Of a stretch of DNA of 64,000 nucleotides, positions 1 to 12,668 are shown one piece after another. This DNA is from Macrostomum lignano (taxonomy: Eukaryota): contig NIVC01000592.1 in assembly GCA_002269645.1 (NCBI GenBank), forward strand, positions 186,001 to 250,000, given 5' to 3'. Numbering within the stretch: the stretch's first letter is position 1; each line of letters opens with the position of its first letter. The notes under the pieces are model-generated. The model was not told the DNA's origin. It worked only from the letters and a program-made list of their open reading frames with translations, and made no database searches. The position numbers and the translations under genes are program-made.

Positions 1-344
1 CGCGAGCTTCGAATGGCGCAACAGTTCAGACCGCTGCACTGGCTGGCTGGGAGGCTGCGGAGAGGAGATGAGGCGCTAGGGATGCTGGAGCTGCGGGATC
101 TGGGGATGCGGCAGCGGCTGAGCGGCATTGATTTACAGCGGCTGGCCGGGGCTCGGACAAAATCGGGCGGGAGATTCGAATCTTCGAGTTCGAGCTTTCG
201 AGTTCGATTAACGGCTTGAGAGATCGGCGTCAGCCCGCATGCTGGCAGCCAGGAAACAGCCGAGGACTCAAAAGCAATAATCAGAATAGTTTATTAACAC
301 TACAAGGCGACTGCAGGGTGGAGGGTGAAAAGCGAAGTGAGAGG

Positions 345-1140
345 GATTATCATCAGGGGTGGCAGGGATTAGCAGGGGTGGCAGGTATTAGCAGGGGTGG
401 CAGGAATTAGTGGGGGTGGCAGGGATTAGCGGGGGGCAGGGATTAGCGGAGGTGGCAGGAATTAGCGGAGGTGGGAGGAATTAGCGGGGGTGGCAATGAT
501 TAGCGGGGGTGGCGGGATTAGCGGGGGTGGCGGGGATTAGCGGGGTGGCAGGGATTCGTGGGTGGCATGGATTAGAGGGGGTGGCAGGGATTAGCGGGGT
601 GGCATGGATTAGCGGAGGTGGCAGGGATTAGCGGGGGCAGGGATTAGAGGGGGTGGCATGGATTAGCGGGGGGGCAGGGATTAGCGGAGGTGGCAGGAAT
701 TAGCGGAGGTGGCAGGAATTAGCGGGGGTGGCAATGATTAGCGGGGGTGGCGGGGATTAGCGGGGGTGGCAGGGATTAGTGGGGTGGCAGGGATTAGAGG
801 GGGTGGCATGGATTAGCGGAGGTGGCAGGGATTAGCGGGGGCAGGGATTAGAGGGGTGGCATGGATTAGCGGGGGGCAGGGACTAGCGGAGGTGGCAGGA
901 ATTAGCGGAGGTGGCAGGAATTAGCGGGGTGGCAATGATTAGCGGGGTGGCGGGGATTAGCGGGGGTGGCAGGGATTAGTGGGGTGGCAGGGATTAGAGG
1001 GGGTGGCATGGATTAGCGGAGGTGGCAGGGATTAGCGGGGGGCAGGGATTAGAGGGGGTGGCATGGATTAGCGGAGGTGGCAGGGATTAGCGGGGGTGGC
1101 ATGGATTAGCGGAGGTGGCAGGGATTAGCGGGGGTGGCAG
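345..1140. repeat. G-rich ~19-20 bp minisatellite (GGCAGGGATTAGCGGGGGT)n
   Basis: Direct reading; ~40 degenerate units. Confidence 0.95.
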
Positions 1141-2149
1141 CAGTAAGCAGGAGTTCCAACCCCTGCAGTTTCCGGTTTCTGCAGTCACCACTCGCCCAGC
1201 CAGAGCCCCCTGACCCTCAGTCCCATCCAAGGCCGAGTGCCGCAGGCGGACCTGGAATTCGGGACCCCCGCTGAGCTCTCCGGTCTTCCCTTTCCCACTG
1301 CGCCAGCCGCAGGGGAAGCGCCGCACCGATCGGCTTTGGGAGCCGCCTGCCGCACAGGTCGGGGTGTTGGTGGGAGTTTTATCCCAGGAATTCGCTGCGG
1401 GGACAATCGAGATAAAATATCAGTGTTGTGGCAGTTCGAATTTGCATAATTGACAATCCGCAACTCGCTCGCTCGGGTGGGAGGCGGAGAAGGCGGGGAT
1501 CCGCGAGCGCTCGCGACTCCCGCTGCGAGCATCGGGAAGAATTCAAAGAGGGAAAATATCCCAATCTCGTGGTTTTTTGCGCAGATGAAGCTAGGCAAGG
1601 AGGTCGCGGGGAGATCGCGGGCGACCCGCTGCGCGCGAGCTGGGCTGGGAGGTGGGGCGGTGCTAATGAGCCTGAGATAAATGGCTTTGGCGATTTTGTA
1701 AATACGATAACACAGCGGGGGGGGGCGGTGAGAGGTGGGGGTGGGCGACCTTGCAAGCCGATCTGTTGGACAAGTGGCTGCCACTTCAGCTATCAGATTG
1801 TCCCGCACAGCCTATCTTTCACTCTGCTAAGCTGTTGTTTAACTATCAGGTGTCGCAGTAAGCGGTTCGCGGTTCTTAAGTAACCCGCCTTCGAGTCCGC
1901 TGGTCCTTTAACTTTTATTGCTAAGACTTGTGTCCATGGCGACTGGGACCACTCGGCTGGACTGGCTCAGGTGTCAACTGTAAACACTTGGATTTCAATG
2001 GGATTTCAGCGCCACGGCCGCCTTTTTTATTAATCCTTCGAGTAGTTTAAAACTTTTTTGTGGACACTTTGGGTTTGGGGCCGGCTTCGATTTCACGCCA
2101 AGGAAACTACCCTTGTTGGGCGATAAGCGCGCGTTATGCTAGATTTAGG

Positions 2150-2510
2150 CCCCCATTTAGCGCCTCAGCCATGCTTTTAGCGCCGCAGCCAAAATTTTAG
2201 CCCCATTTTAGCGCCTCAGCCAAGATTTTAGCGCCTCAGCCAAGATTTTAGCCCCATTTTAGCGCCTCAGCCATGCTTTTAGCGCCTCAGCCAAGATTTT
2301 AGCGCCTCAGCCATGCTTTTACCGCCTCAGCCATGCTTTTAGCGCCTCAGCCAAGATTTTAGCGCCTCAGCTTTGATTTTAGCGCCTCAGCTAAGATTTT
2401 AGCGCCTCAGCCAAGATTTTTGTGCCTCAGCCAAGATTTTTGCGCCTTAGCCAAGATTTAAGCGCCTCAGCCAAGATTTTAGCGCCTCAGCCAAGATTTT
2501 AGCGCCTCAG
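2150..2510. repeat. 20-bp minisatellite (TTTTAGCGCCTCAGCCAAGA)n
   Basis: Direct reading. Confidence 0.95.
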
Positions 2511-2931
2511 GCGTTTTACACTGAGTCTAATATCTAAAAAAACTCAATCTAAAAATTAAAAAAACGACAAATAAAGATGGATGAATGAATTTCATGGCAT
2601 AAATTTTATTTTTATCGCTACAGTTCACCTTCAGTTGGTGCGTTTTGTTTTACAGGTTATATTTTCAATTTCGCGGAGTCAGACAGGAAGACGAAATCAA
2701 TAATGCTTCATCAATACTTATTAATTACGATTAACTAACCGGCACACTGCGGCTCTGTACACAGGTGGTAGGGTTTAATCAAGAAGGAGAGTGTAGGGGA
2801 ATAGCAAGTTAATTATTCAAAGATTGCACTGCAGTTATGTACAGGGAAGAAGTCCTGCAACCTGGAGACCGCAGCAATGGCCAAAATATCAAATTTCAGT
2901 ATTGTTGAGAGTCAGAGCGCATCTGCTTGGG

Positions 2932-5900
2932 TCAGTTGGCCGCCTCCAGGTGGGTGAGCAGGGTCGGATTGGTCTTCGGCGAGATGTTCTCAACGATGGA
3001 GCTCAGCCGGTCGAGGCTGCTCACCTCCTCGGGCGCGGAGCCGCCGCAGTCGAAGCCTGGAATTTGAAATGCCGCCAATGTCGTAACGTGTCGTAATTGA
3101 TTTTCCAAGAAAGCATGCGGGGTTGCTACTTGAGACCCCCCCCCTGTGCCCTGGGGCGACTCCAGTCCTCATGGACTCTTGAATCGCGCGATAAACCCCC
3201 TGCAAAACGTGTCCGACTCTGGCCGCTGAAGGACCCGGGTTCGAATCCGTGCGTGGTCACATTCATTCAGGGCTTGTACAGTTCACGCAAGTCGATTAGA
3301 AAGTCGGGGCAGCTGTGCACCCTGTGTGAGCGCGTGTTTGAGTGCGTGCCCCTGCACGCCTAACTAACTAACGTCGCTGCGATGGAGGGGGATTCAAACC
3401 CAGGGACCGTAAATAAACCCACATGACATCGAATTTCATGACATCGAGTACTTTGAAAGACTCACCCACGGACATGTAGGCGTCGTGTCGCCGGGACTTC
3501 CACTGTGAGGCATCGCCACCGCCTTCTTCAACATCCTCCTCGTCTTCTTCTTCTTCATCATCCTCGTCATCCTCGTCGCCATCCTGATCCATCCTGGCAT
3601 CGAGGGAGTCCTCGGCGCCGCCTTTGCCTTTGGGTTTGCCCGACTTGTAGCCGACGTCCAGCCCGACGCCGCCGAGGTCGCAGGAGATTTTTGCCACGGA
3701 CTTGCCGGTCCGGTGCAGCATGTCTTCCAGGCACTCGATGTACTCGATGGCCTGGCGCAGGATCTCCACCTTGGGCATGCGCTGGCTCGGGTTGGCGCTG
3801 GTCCGACGTTTCAGCGCCTCGAACGCGTCGTTGACTTTGCGCAGCCGACGGCGCTCGCGCATCGTGGCGGCCTTGCGCCGGTCCACCGTGATGGTCTTCT
3901 TCTTGCAGGCCTTGCAGGCCCACAGCAGGCACTTGCCGTGGCCGCCCGGGGCCACCACATGCTCCTCCTGTGATGGCGAATGGCATGTCGAATCAGTGAG
4001 CAGCTGAGGGTTTGAGCTGCTTATCAGTGAGCAGCTGAGGGTTTGAGCTGCTTATCAGTGAGCAGCTGAGGGTTTGAGCTGCTTATCAGTGAGCAGCTGA
4101 GGGTTTGAGCTGCTTATCAGTGAGCAGCTGAGGGTTTGAACTGCTTATCAGTGAGCAGCTGAGGGTTTGAACTGTTTATCAGTGAGCAGCTGAGGGTTTG
4201 AGCTGCTTATCAGTGAGCAGCTGAGGGTTTGAGCTGCTTATCAGTGAGCAGCTGAGGGTTTGAGCTGCTTATCAGTGAGCAGCTGAGGGTTTGAGCTGCT
4301 ATCAGTGAGCAGCTGAGGGTTTGAGCTGCTATCAGTGAGCAGCTGAGGGTTTGAGCTGCTTATCAGTGAGCAGCTGAGGGTTTGAGCTGCTTATCAGTGA
4401 GCAGCTGAGGGTTTGGGCGGACTTTTTAAGTACGCGTGGTACTTTTAAGTTTTAAATAGAAGTCATTGGGATTTCTTACCTTGTGACCGGCATTCGGACA
4501 CACCGGCAGCGGGGTCTGATGCTGCAGCTCTTCACTTTGATGCTGCTGAGGCTGTTGCTGAACTTCCAGTGAGTCAGCGGTGCCAGCGGCGGCAGCAGCT
4601 GGCAGGAGCTTTCGTGGAGGTTTCGCGTCGATGTCAACTGAATGAGCAGCCGAGGTGGCCGCGCCAGTGGCGGCAGCCTTTGAAGTTGCCGACGTTGAAG
4701 TGGCGACGATGCAGTCCGCGGACTTCCTGTCAGTTGGCTGCTGCTGCAGCTGCTGCTGGTGCTGCTGGTGCTGGTGCTGAGGGTTCAGCTGCGCCTGGCT
4801 CTGGTGCTGATGATGCTGCTGCTGCACCTGATGCTGCTGCAACTGCTGCTGAGGCTGCTGCAGGTTAATCAAAGAGCCGCCGATCGTGGGCGAATGGCCG
4901 AACTTCGGGCTTAGCGAGCTGAGCGAGCTCGAATAGGAGTTGGCGGGGCTCATGTAGCTCCCCACCGCTGCGTATCCGCCTGCGTAGGCGGCCGCGGCTG
5001 CCGGGGCGCCGTAGAACATGTCCGGCTGTGGGGGGAGCGGAGTAGATTCTCAGGTGAGTGAGGGTAGATTCTCAGGTGAGTGAGGGTAGATTCTCAGGTG
5101 AGTGAGGGTAGATTCTCAGGTGAGTGAGGGTAGATTCTCAGGTGAGTGAGGGTAGATTCTCAGGTGAGTGAGGGTAGATTCTCAGGTGAGTGAGGGTAGA
5201 TTCTCAGGTGAGTGAGGGTAGATTCTCAGGTGAGTGAGGGTAGATTCTCAGGTGAGTGAGGGCAGATTCTCAGGTGAGTGAGGGTAGATTCTCAGGTGAG
5301 TGAGGGTAGATTCTCAGGTGAGTGAGGGTAGATTCTCAGGTGAGTGAGGGTAGATTCTCAGGTGAGTGAGGGTAGATTCTCAGGTGAGTGAGGGTAGATT
5401 CTCAGGTGAGTGAGGGTAGATTCTCAGGTGAGTGAGGGTAAATTCTCAGGTGAGTGAGGGTAGATTCTCAGGTGAGTGAGGGTAGATTCTCAGGTGAAGA
5501 GAGGGTAGGCTCTCAGGTGAAGAGAGGGTAGGCTCTCAGGTGAAGAGAGGTAGGCTCTCAGGTGAAGAGAGGGTAGGCTCTTAGGTGAAGAGAGGGTAGG
5601 CTCTCAGGTGAAGAGAGGGTAGGCTATCAGGTGAAGAGAGGGTAGGCTCTCAGGTGAAGAGAGGGTAGGCTCTCAGGTGAAGAGAGGGTAGGCTATCAGG
5701 TGAAGAGAGGGTAGGCTATCAGGTGAAGAGAGGTAGGCTCTCAGGTGAAGAGAGGGTAGGCTCTCAGGTGAGTGAGGGTAGGCTCTCAGATGAAGAGAGG
5801 GTAGGCTCTCAGGTGAGTGATGTTCCTGATAACTGGTGTACCATACTAGTCATATAATATATTAGTATACTGTAATGCACACATACGGAGGCCGAGCACC

Positions 5901-6517
5901 CACACCCTTACCTGTTGATAGCCTCTGCCATAGTAAGTCCCATAGTAGTCTGCAGATCCGTACAGGTAGGAGTTGATGGCGACCTGGCCGGGCGGCTGAG
6001 CAGCATTGTTGCCCTGGTGGCCGCAGCTACTTATAGATGCAGCTGCCGCAGCTGCCGCAGCCGCCGCAGCCGCCGCTGCCACCCCGCCGCCGCCGCCTCC
6101 TCCTCCGCAGCTGAGCGGGTCATGCTGCTGCTGCTGCTGCTGCTGCAGAGGACAAGCTGACAGGCCGGCCGCAGCTGCTTGGTTGGCAGCGCAGCCGTTT
6201 GTGAGAACAGTTGTTGAGGATGAGGGATCGCAGGGGAAATAGCCCTGGCCGGCATAGGCGGATTGACAATCGCGCATGGCTTGGCGCGGATGGGGGACAG
6301 AGCGGGGCGACAGGAGGCTGCGCGAGAGACAGGCGGTCGGCCGGCTCTGCTGACTTTTTTTCTTCTTTTGCTCGGAGTCTCGGAAACGCTCTCTCGTCAG
6401 CTGCTGCTGCTCAGAGGAAGCTGCTTGGGCAGTTGTTGCAAGCGGCTGGCGACATTTGCTGCCATACATTATAGCCGGCCAGAGGGGAGGCGGACGGCGC
6501 TGCAGTTGGTGATCCAT
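2932..6517 (-). CDS. myoD: MyoD-family myogenic bHLH transcription factor, 4 exons, ~592 aa
   Basis: Exons (minus) 6517-5912, 5025-4480, 3967-3466, 3056-2932, all GT-AG, phases 0/0/1. Exon 3 has [72 protein letters not shown] (His/Cys region + bHLH). The last exon, absent from the ORF track, encodes the MRF helix III motif [14 protein letters not shown]. The start codon is uncertain (6517 or a downstream ATG). Confidence 0.95.
3992..4415. repeat. 31-bp minisatellite in myoD intron 2 (ATCAGTGAGCAGCTGAGGGTTTGAGCTGCTT)n
   Basis: 14 units, each with CAGCTG. Confidence 0.97.
5041..5820. repeat. 22/23-bp minisatellite in myoD intron 1
   Basis: GTAGATTCTCAGGTGAGTGAGG to ~5497, then GTAGGCTCTCAGGTGAAGAGAGG; ~34 units. 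Confidence 0.97.
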
Positions 6518-6877
6518 TGGCCGGCTGTGGCCCGCCTGTCGGGCTCGGCCGCCTGCAATTGGCTGCTGGGCCCTGCTGGACCCCGTGGTGAAAATGGATC
6601 CTTGGATCCCCTGTCTCCTTGGCGGAGAGGGGGGGGGGAGTTGGGGCTAATGGGATATTCGGGTAGGCTGGGAAATCAATGTCTGTAGCTGCGCCTGCCG
6701 GAGATTTTTACACTTGACTGCCTTCTGCTCTTTGCCTGGCGTCTTTTGCTTTACGAAATTGGCAAAATCTTATGATGACTGACTGTTGCAAGAACAGCGG
6801 CCTGCCTGCCTTGGCACATCCTGTGACTGAACGGACTCGCTTCTTTAATACTGTCACCATTTTCATTATTGCTCCCC

Positions 6878-7362
6878 ACTGTCACTGCCCCCGTTGTCAG
6901 TCCCTCTTTCACCCCTACTGTCACCCCCTCTTTTTTTACTCCCACCTTCACTCCCTCTTTCACCCCCCTGTCACTCCCTCTTTCACCCCCACTGTCACTC
7001 CTTCTTTCATCCTCACAATCACCCTCACCCTCATCTACCCTCACTGTCACCCCCTCTTTCACCCCACTGTCACTCCCTCTTTCACCCCACTGTCACTCCC
7101 TCTTTCACCACGTTATCACTCCCTCTTTCAGCCCCACTGTCACTCCCTCGTTCACCCCCACTGTCACTCCCTCTTTCACATCCACTGTCACTCCCTCTTT
7201 CACCCCCACTGTCACTCCCTCTTTCACATCCACTGTCACTCCCTCTTTCAGCCCCACTGTCACTCCCTCTTTCACCACATTGTCACTCCCGCTTTCAGCC
7301 CCACTGTCACTCCCTCTTTCACCACATTGTCACTCCCGCTTTCACCCCCACTGTCACTCCCA
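6878..7362. repeat. 24-bp minisatellite (CACTGTCACTCCCTCTTTCACCCC)n upstream of myoD
   Basis: Direct reading. Confidence 0.93.
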
Positions 7363-7934
7363 TTTTCCAACACGGAGGCCAAGTCCCAGAAGGATTCTAT
7401 CAAAGATTTTGCTAATACGAGCAAGTTTACGAACAGTTTCACAGGTTTAATTTTTCATTTTTGCAGCAAACTGGTTCCACGCCATTGGCGTTCGAATTCA
7501 CGTCATACACTTCGAATGAAAGTTCACAGACCAACCTGTCAAATTTGATGCAGATTTTGTGGGCAAATTTCTAGGATTCATTCAAAACAAAAGACACTGA
7601 CTATAGGCTTAATAGAATCCCAAAATTGATGGGATATTTGCATAAGGATATTATTTCTGGAGTTGCGTCATTTGCACCTTTTTTATAGCAGACAGGTTAA
7701 AAATTGTTTGCTACGGTAAATGAAGCCCTGCGACCTCGCCTGCCCACCCGCCGCGCGAGACCGCGGACTGGACGAATGTGGGCCTCGCCAATCCCAGCGG
7801 GGGGGGGGGGCGAGTCGGCCGGAACTCGAAAGCCGTTTAGCTGTCCGCTCGGTGCGATTCTGCCATTTTGGATGCGTTGGTTCGAGTCTGCTGCGGGGTG
7901 TCCTTCTTAGCGAAATGTTGTGCAGAGTCAGACA

Positions 7935-8575
7935 GATGGGAGAGTCAGACAAGATGAGAGAGTCAGACAAGATAGAAGAGTCAGACAAGATAGAAGAGTC
8001 AGACAAGATAGAAGAGTCAGACAAGATAGAAGAGTCAGACAAGATAGAAGAGTCAGACAAGATAGAAGAGTCAGACAAGATAGAAGAGTCAGACAAGATA
8101 GAAGAGTCAGACAAGATAGAAGAGTCAGACAAGATAGAAGAGTCAGACAAGATAGAAGAGTCAGACAAGATAGAAGAGTCAGACAAGATAGAAGAGTCAG
8201 ACAAGATAGAAGAGTCAGACAAGATAGAAGAGTCAGACAAGATAGAAGAGTCAGACAAGATAGAAGAGTCAGACAAGATAGAAGAGTCAGACAAGATAGA
8301 AGAGTCAGACAAGATAGAAGAGTCAGACAAGATAGAAGAGTCAGACAAGATAGAAGAGTCAGACAAGATAGAAGAGTCAGACAAGATAGCAGAGTCAGAA
8401 TCAGGGGGAGTCAGAATCACTGGGAGAGTCAGACAGAATCAGGGGGAGTCAGAATCACTGGGAGAGTCAGACAGAATCAGGGGGGGGGTCAGAATCACTG
8501 GGAGAGTCAGACAGAATCAGGGGGGGGGGGGTCAGAATCACTGGGAGAGTCAGACAGAATCAGGGGAAGTCAGAA
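7935..8575. repeat. 18-bp minisatellite (GAGTCAGACAAGATAGAA)n followed by a longer derivative
   Basis: ~25 near-perfect units, then GAGAGTCAGACAGAATCAGGGG..GTCAGAATCACTGG units. Confidence 0.95.
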
Positions 8576-9660
8576 TAACAGAACATTCAAACAGTCCAGT
8601 GTGTCAAAAATGGCAAGCCGGCAACAATGACGCGCTGAATTTCAATTCCAACATTCGCTCTCGCATCCCTGTGCCGCGCACCTGTTGCAGAAATTGTCTG
8701 CAATAAAAGCAACTGAAAGATGGAAAAAATATTGCTGGAAGATGGAGCTGTCACCAAGCGACCGAAGCTACGTCTGACAAGGCTCGGGGCACGCACGAAC
8801 TGCAGGAATAGAAAAACAAAAAACCCTGTGCACTGCAGCTCCATCCCGCTCCAGCGCACCTGTCAGTCGTGTGTTCCCAGAATCCCCATACCTTCTCCTC
8901 AGCCTCCCCGAATCTCACACGAGTCCCCGAGCTCGAGCCGCAGACTTCTGAAACCTTGTTCATCAGACCGCACTGATCCCACAGGCCGGTGACAAAGGGG
9001 ACATTTTCAATTGCGATCCCTGTTCGCTAATTACTGCTGTCCCAGACTGTGCAAATGAAAGTATTAACAAAATATCCCCAAATATCCCCATTGCCGCCGT
9101 GTGCGCGGCAGGTGCAGACGGCGGAGGCTGAATATTCCGCTGGCCGCTCCATCAGGCGGTGAGGGGGGGTGCGGCCGCTGCCCCCTGCTGCTTGACACGA
9201 TCGCAGAGTCAATAAAACTGCAGGGAGGGTGGGGGAGGGCGGAACACGCAAGGCAAGATGTTGAACAAGGGGAGAATTCCCGGAGTCTGTGCGGCGGGCC
9301 TGACAATTTCGATTTTCTCCCAGCCTCAATATATTTCCCACAGTTCTTCTTCGAGGCAGCGCTTTCTTCTTCTTCTTCTGCTTTGCTTTTTTGCCCCTCG
9401 TGTCACTTTATGGACGGCTCGAAAAAGCAAAAGACGGTCGGGGGACATGCGACAAGAAATTGGGGAAGAAGCCGCATTGTTGCACCTGTCATCATCGAGC
9501 AAAGTGGAGGCGGGGAACAGGGGAGGAGCCTGGGGGTCTGGAATGGGTTCTGTGCATGACTTTTGCAGAATTCGATTATTCGTCAAGTGCTTCGCGAATT
9601 ACACGAACCGAAAACTGGAGCGGTGCGTGATGTCTGACATGGGGGCTGACCTGCATCAAG

Positions 9661-10400
9661 GATGCAGTGCTGTGTACTGAGATGCAGTGCTGTGTATTGA
9701 GATGCAGAGCTGTGTACTGAGATGCAGAGCTGTGTACTGAGATGCAGTGCTGTGTACTGAGATGCAGTGTTGTGTATTGAGATGCAGTGTTGTGTATTGA
9801 GATGCAGTGCTGTGTACTGAGATGCAGTGCTGTGTACTGAGATGCAGTGCTGTGTACTGAGATGCAGTGCTGTGTACTGAGATGCAGTGCTGTGTACTGA
9901 GATGCAGTGCTGTGTACTGAGATGCAGTGCTGTGTACTGAGATGCAGTGCTGTGTACTGAGATGCAGTGCTGTGTACTGAGATGCAGTGCTGTGTACTGA
10001 GATGCAGTGCTGTGTACTGAGATGCAGTGCTGTGTATTGAGATGCAGTGCTGTGTACTGAGATGCAGTGCTGTGTACTGAGATGCAGTGCTGTGTACTGA
10101 GATGCAGTGCTGTGTACTGAGATGCAGTGCTGTGTACTGAGATGCAGTGCTGTGTACTGAGATGCAGTGCTGTGTATTGAGATGCAGTGCTGTGTACTGA
10201 GATGCAGTGCTGTGTACTGAGATGCAGTGCTGTGTACTGAGATGCAGTGCTGTGTACTGAGATGCAGTGCTGTGTACTGAGATGCAGTGCTGTGTATTGA
10301 GATGCAGTGCTGTGTACTGAGATGCAGTGCTGTGTACTGAGATGCAGTGCTGTGTATTAAGATTTAGTGCTTTGTACTGAGATGCAGTGCTGTGTACTGA
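9661..10400 (+). repeat. 20-bp minisatellite (GATGCAGTGCTGTGTACTGA)n, left arm
   Basis: ~37 units. Confidence 0.97.
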
Positions 10401-11687
10401 GATTAAACGAGACTGAGACTGTGAAATGAAACTGACTGATGCCGTATGAGGCTGTGTGATGCTGTGTGAGTCTGTCCTCAGCTGAACTCAGCTTGCTTGT
10501 CACCTTGATTCCACCTGAGCCTTTAACCCTAGCCGCAACGGAGCTGAACAAATAAACAACTGCGGTCGCACTGGGGTGTCTCATGCCGCAGGCAGGCCGT
10601 TTAGCACTGCACTGGGGCAGTCAGGGACAGAACTGTTTACAAACGTATTCACCTGTTGAGTTTCAATTACTTTTTTTGACTCGTGCTCACATTGACTCAG
10701 AAAGTCTTCACAGGCAACTCTAATTCCTTGTTGCCGGGCAACAATTTAGTGGAAATTCAGCAGCCGCTGAAATTGCAGACTGAATTCCCGCAGCCTGGCG
10801 CACGGAAACCAAATGTTTAGTGCAGCTTATAGTTTTCCTGCATTTCCACCCCCTCCCGGAAGATAATTTCCAAGTCGCAAAAGCAGCGACAGCTGACATT
10901 TTTCTTCTTCCTCTGCTTTCGCTTAAACTTTGGTCTTTTGTGCAGAAGCAAATCCTGCAGTGTTGGATGATGGGGGATTTCCTTTGAACACGGAAGGAAA
11001 AAACCGGTGGGCTGGAGGTGCCTGCCGGCCCTGCTCAGGCGGCAGCTGTCGCCGGGGCTCTCGGGTCGGGGGGGGGGTTTATCGGGCAGCCTCCGCTCGG
11101 CAACCAGAGGAGGAGGAGGAGGCAGCGGAGCCGATGGGGACACGAGAGCCTTAATGACCCTCTTAGATTCCGCATTCCTCAAGCGGCAGCTGCGGCTCTC
11201 TTGACGCCCCGGACGGCCCTTGGATGAGGAACCAGCGGCAGCTGACGCCCGCCCGGCGCATGGCAGCTGCGCCTGGACCAAAGGTTTTTTCTTTCTCGAA
11301 GCTTCAGCATCTTTCATCTTCCATTTCGGCTGATCCTGCGGAAGAGGCAGGCAGGCTGGGGAAGGTCTTTGGAGCCCCGTCCGAGCCGCGTGCAATTTAA
11401 CTGTTCAATGTTTCTGGCGCACAAAACTTTTGCAGATTCTGTCTCTGACACGGGGGATCGGGAATATAAAAGGAGGCGCATGGAAGATGATTTTTGTACG
11501 AGTGTAGCTCCCGATATTTTTGCCTTTAGAGTTGTCGAGATGTCGCAAACTCCAAACAAGTCTTGGGAGTTTTGGCTGCTTTGCCAGCTTCAGTCTGCTG
11601 CAGTCTTATTCATCTCTTCATCAGCATCTGATCCTCTGCATTTCTCTAATCATTAACTCCGTCTAAACTTCAGAGCCTTGCTCAGGT

Positions 11688-12668
11688 ATTGCTCGGATAC
11701 CTGCAGGTGCTCACGGGGCTCACGGGGTATTGATCGGATACCTGCCGATGCTCACATTGGGTATTGATCGGATACCTGCCGATGCTCACATTGGGTATTG
11801 ATCGGATACCTGCCGATGCTCACGGGGTATTGATCGGATACCTGCTGATGCTCACGGGGTATTGATCGGATACCTGCTGATGCTCACGGGGTATTGATCG
11901 GATACCTGCCGATGCTCACGGGGTATTGATCGGATACCTGCCGATGCTCACACGGGGTATTGATCGGATACCTGCTGATGCTCACGGGGTATTGATCGGA
12001 TACCTGCCGATGCTCACACGGGGTATTGATCGGATACCTGCTGATGCTCACGGGGTATTGATCGGATACCTGCCGATGCTCACACGGGGTATTGATCGGA
12101 TACCTGCTGATGCTCACGGGGTATTGATCGGATACCTGCCGATGCTCACACGGGGTATTGATCGGATACCTGCTGATGCTCACGGGGTATTGATCGGATA
12201 CCTGCCGATGCTCAAGGGGTATTGATCGGATACCTGCCGATGCTTACATTGGGTATTGATCGGATACCTGCTGATGCTCACGGGGTATTGATCGGATACC
12301 TGCCGATGCTCACACGGGGTATTGATCGGATACCTGCTGATGCTCACGGGGTATTGATCGGATACCTGCCGATGCTCACACGGGGTATTGATCGGATACC
12401 TGCTGATGCTCACGGGGTATTGATCGGATACCTGCCGATGCTCAAGGGGTATTGATCGGATACCTGCCGATGCTTACGTTGGGTATTGATCGGATACCTG
12501 CTGATGCTCACGGGGTATTGATCGGATACCTGCCGATGCTCACGGGGTATTGATCGGATACCTGCCGATGCTCACGGGGTATTGATCGGATACCTGCCGA
12601 TGCTCTCACGGGGTATTGATCGGATACCTGCCGATGCTCACGGGGTATTGATCGGATACCTGCCGATA
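11688..12668. repeat. 30/32-bp minisatellite (GGGGTATTGATCGGATACCTGCYGATGCTCAC[AC])n with higher-order structure
   Basis: Alternating 30- and 32-bp units; variant block repeated at a 230-bp offset. Confidence 0.95.

Noticed and set aside
345-1140. Telomere-like repeat
   Set aside because: Contains TTAG plus G-runs but not tandem TTAGGG; the period is ~20 bp.
1-1900. Possible 5' end of a minus-strand gene leaving the window
   Set aside because: GC-rich and promoter/UTR-like with an ATG near 128, but there is no recognisable protein or confirmable exon structure.
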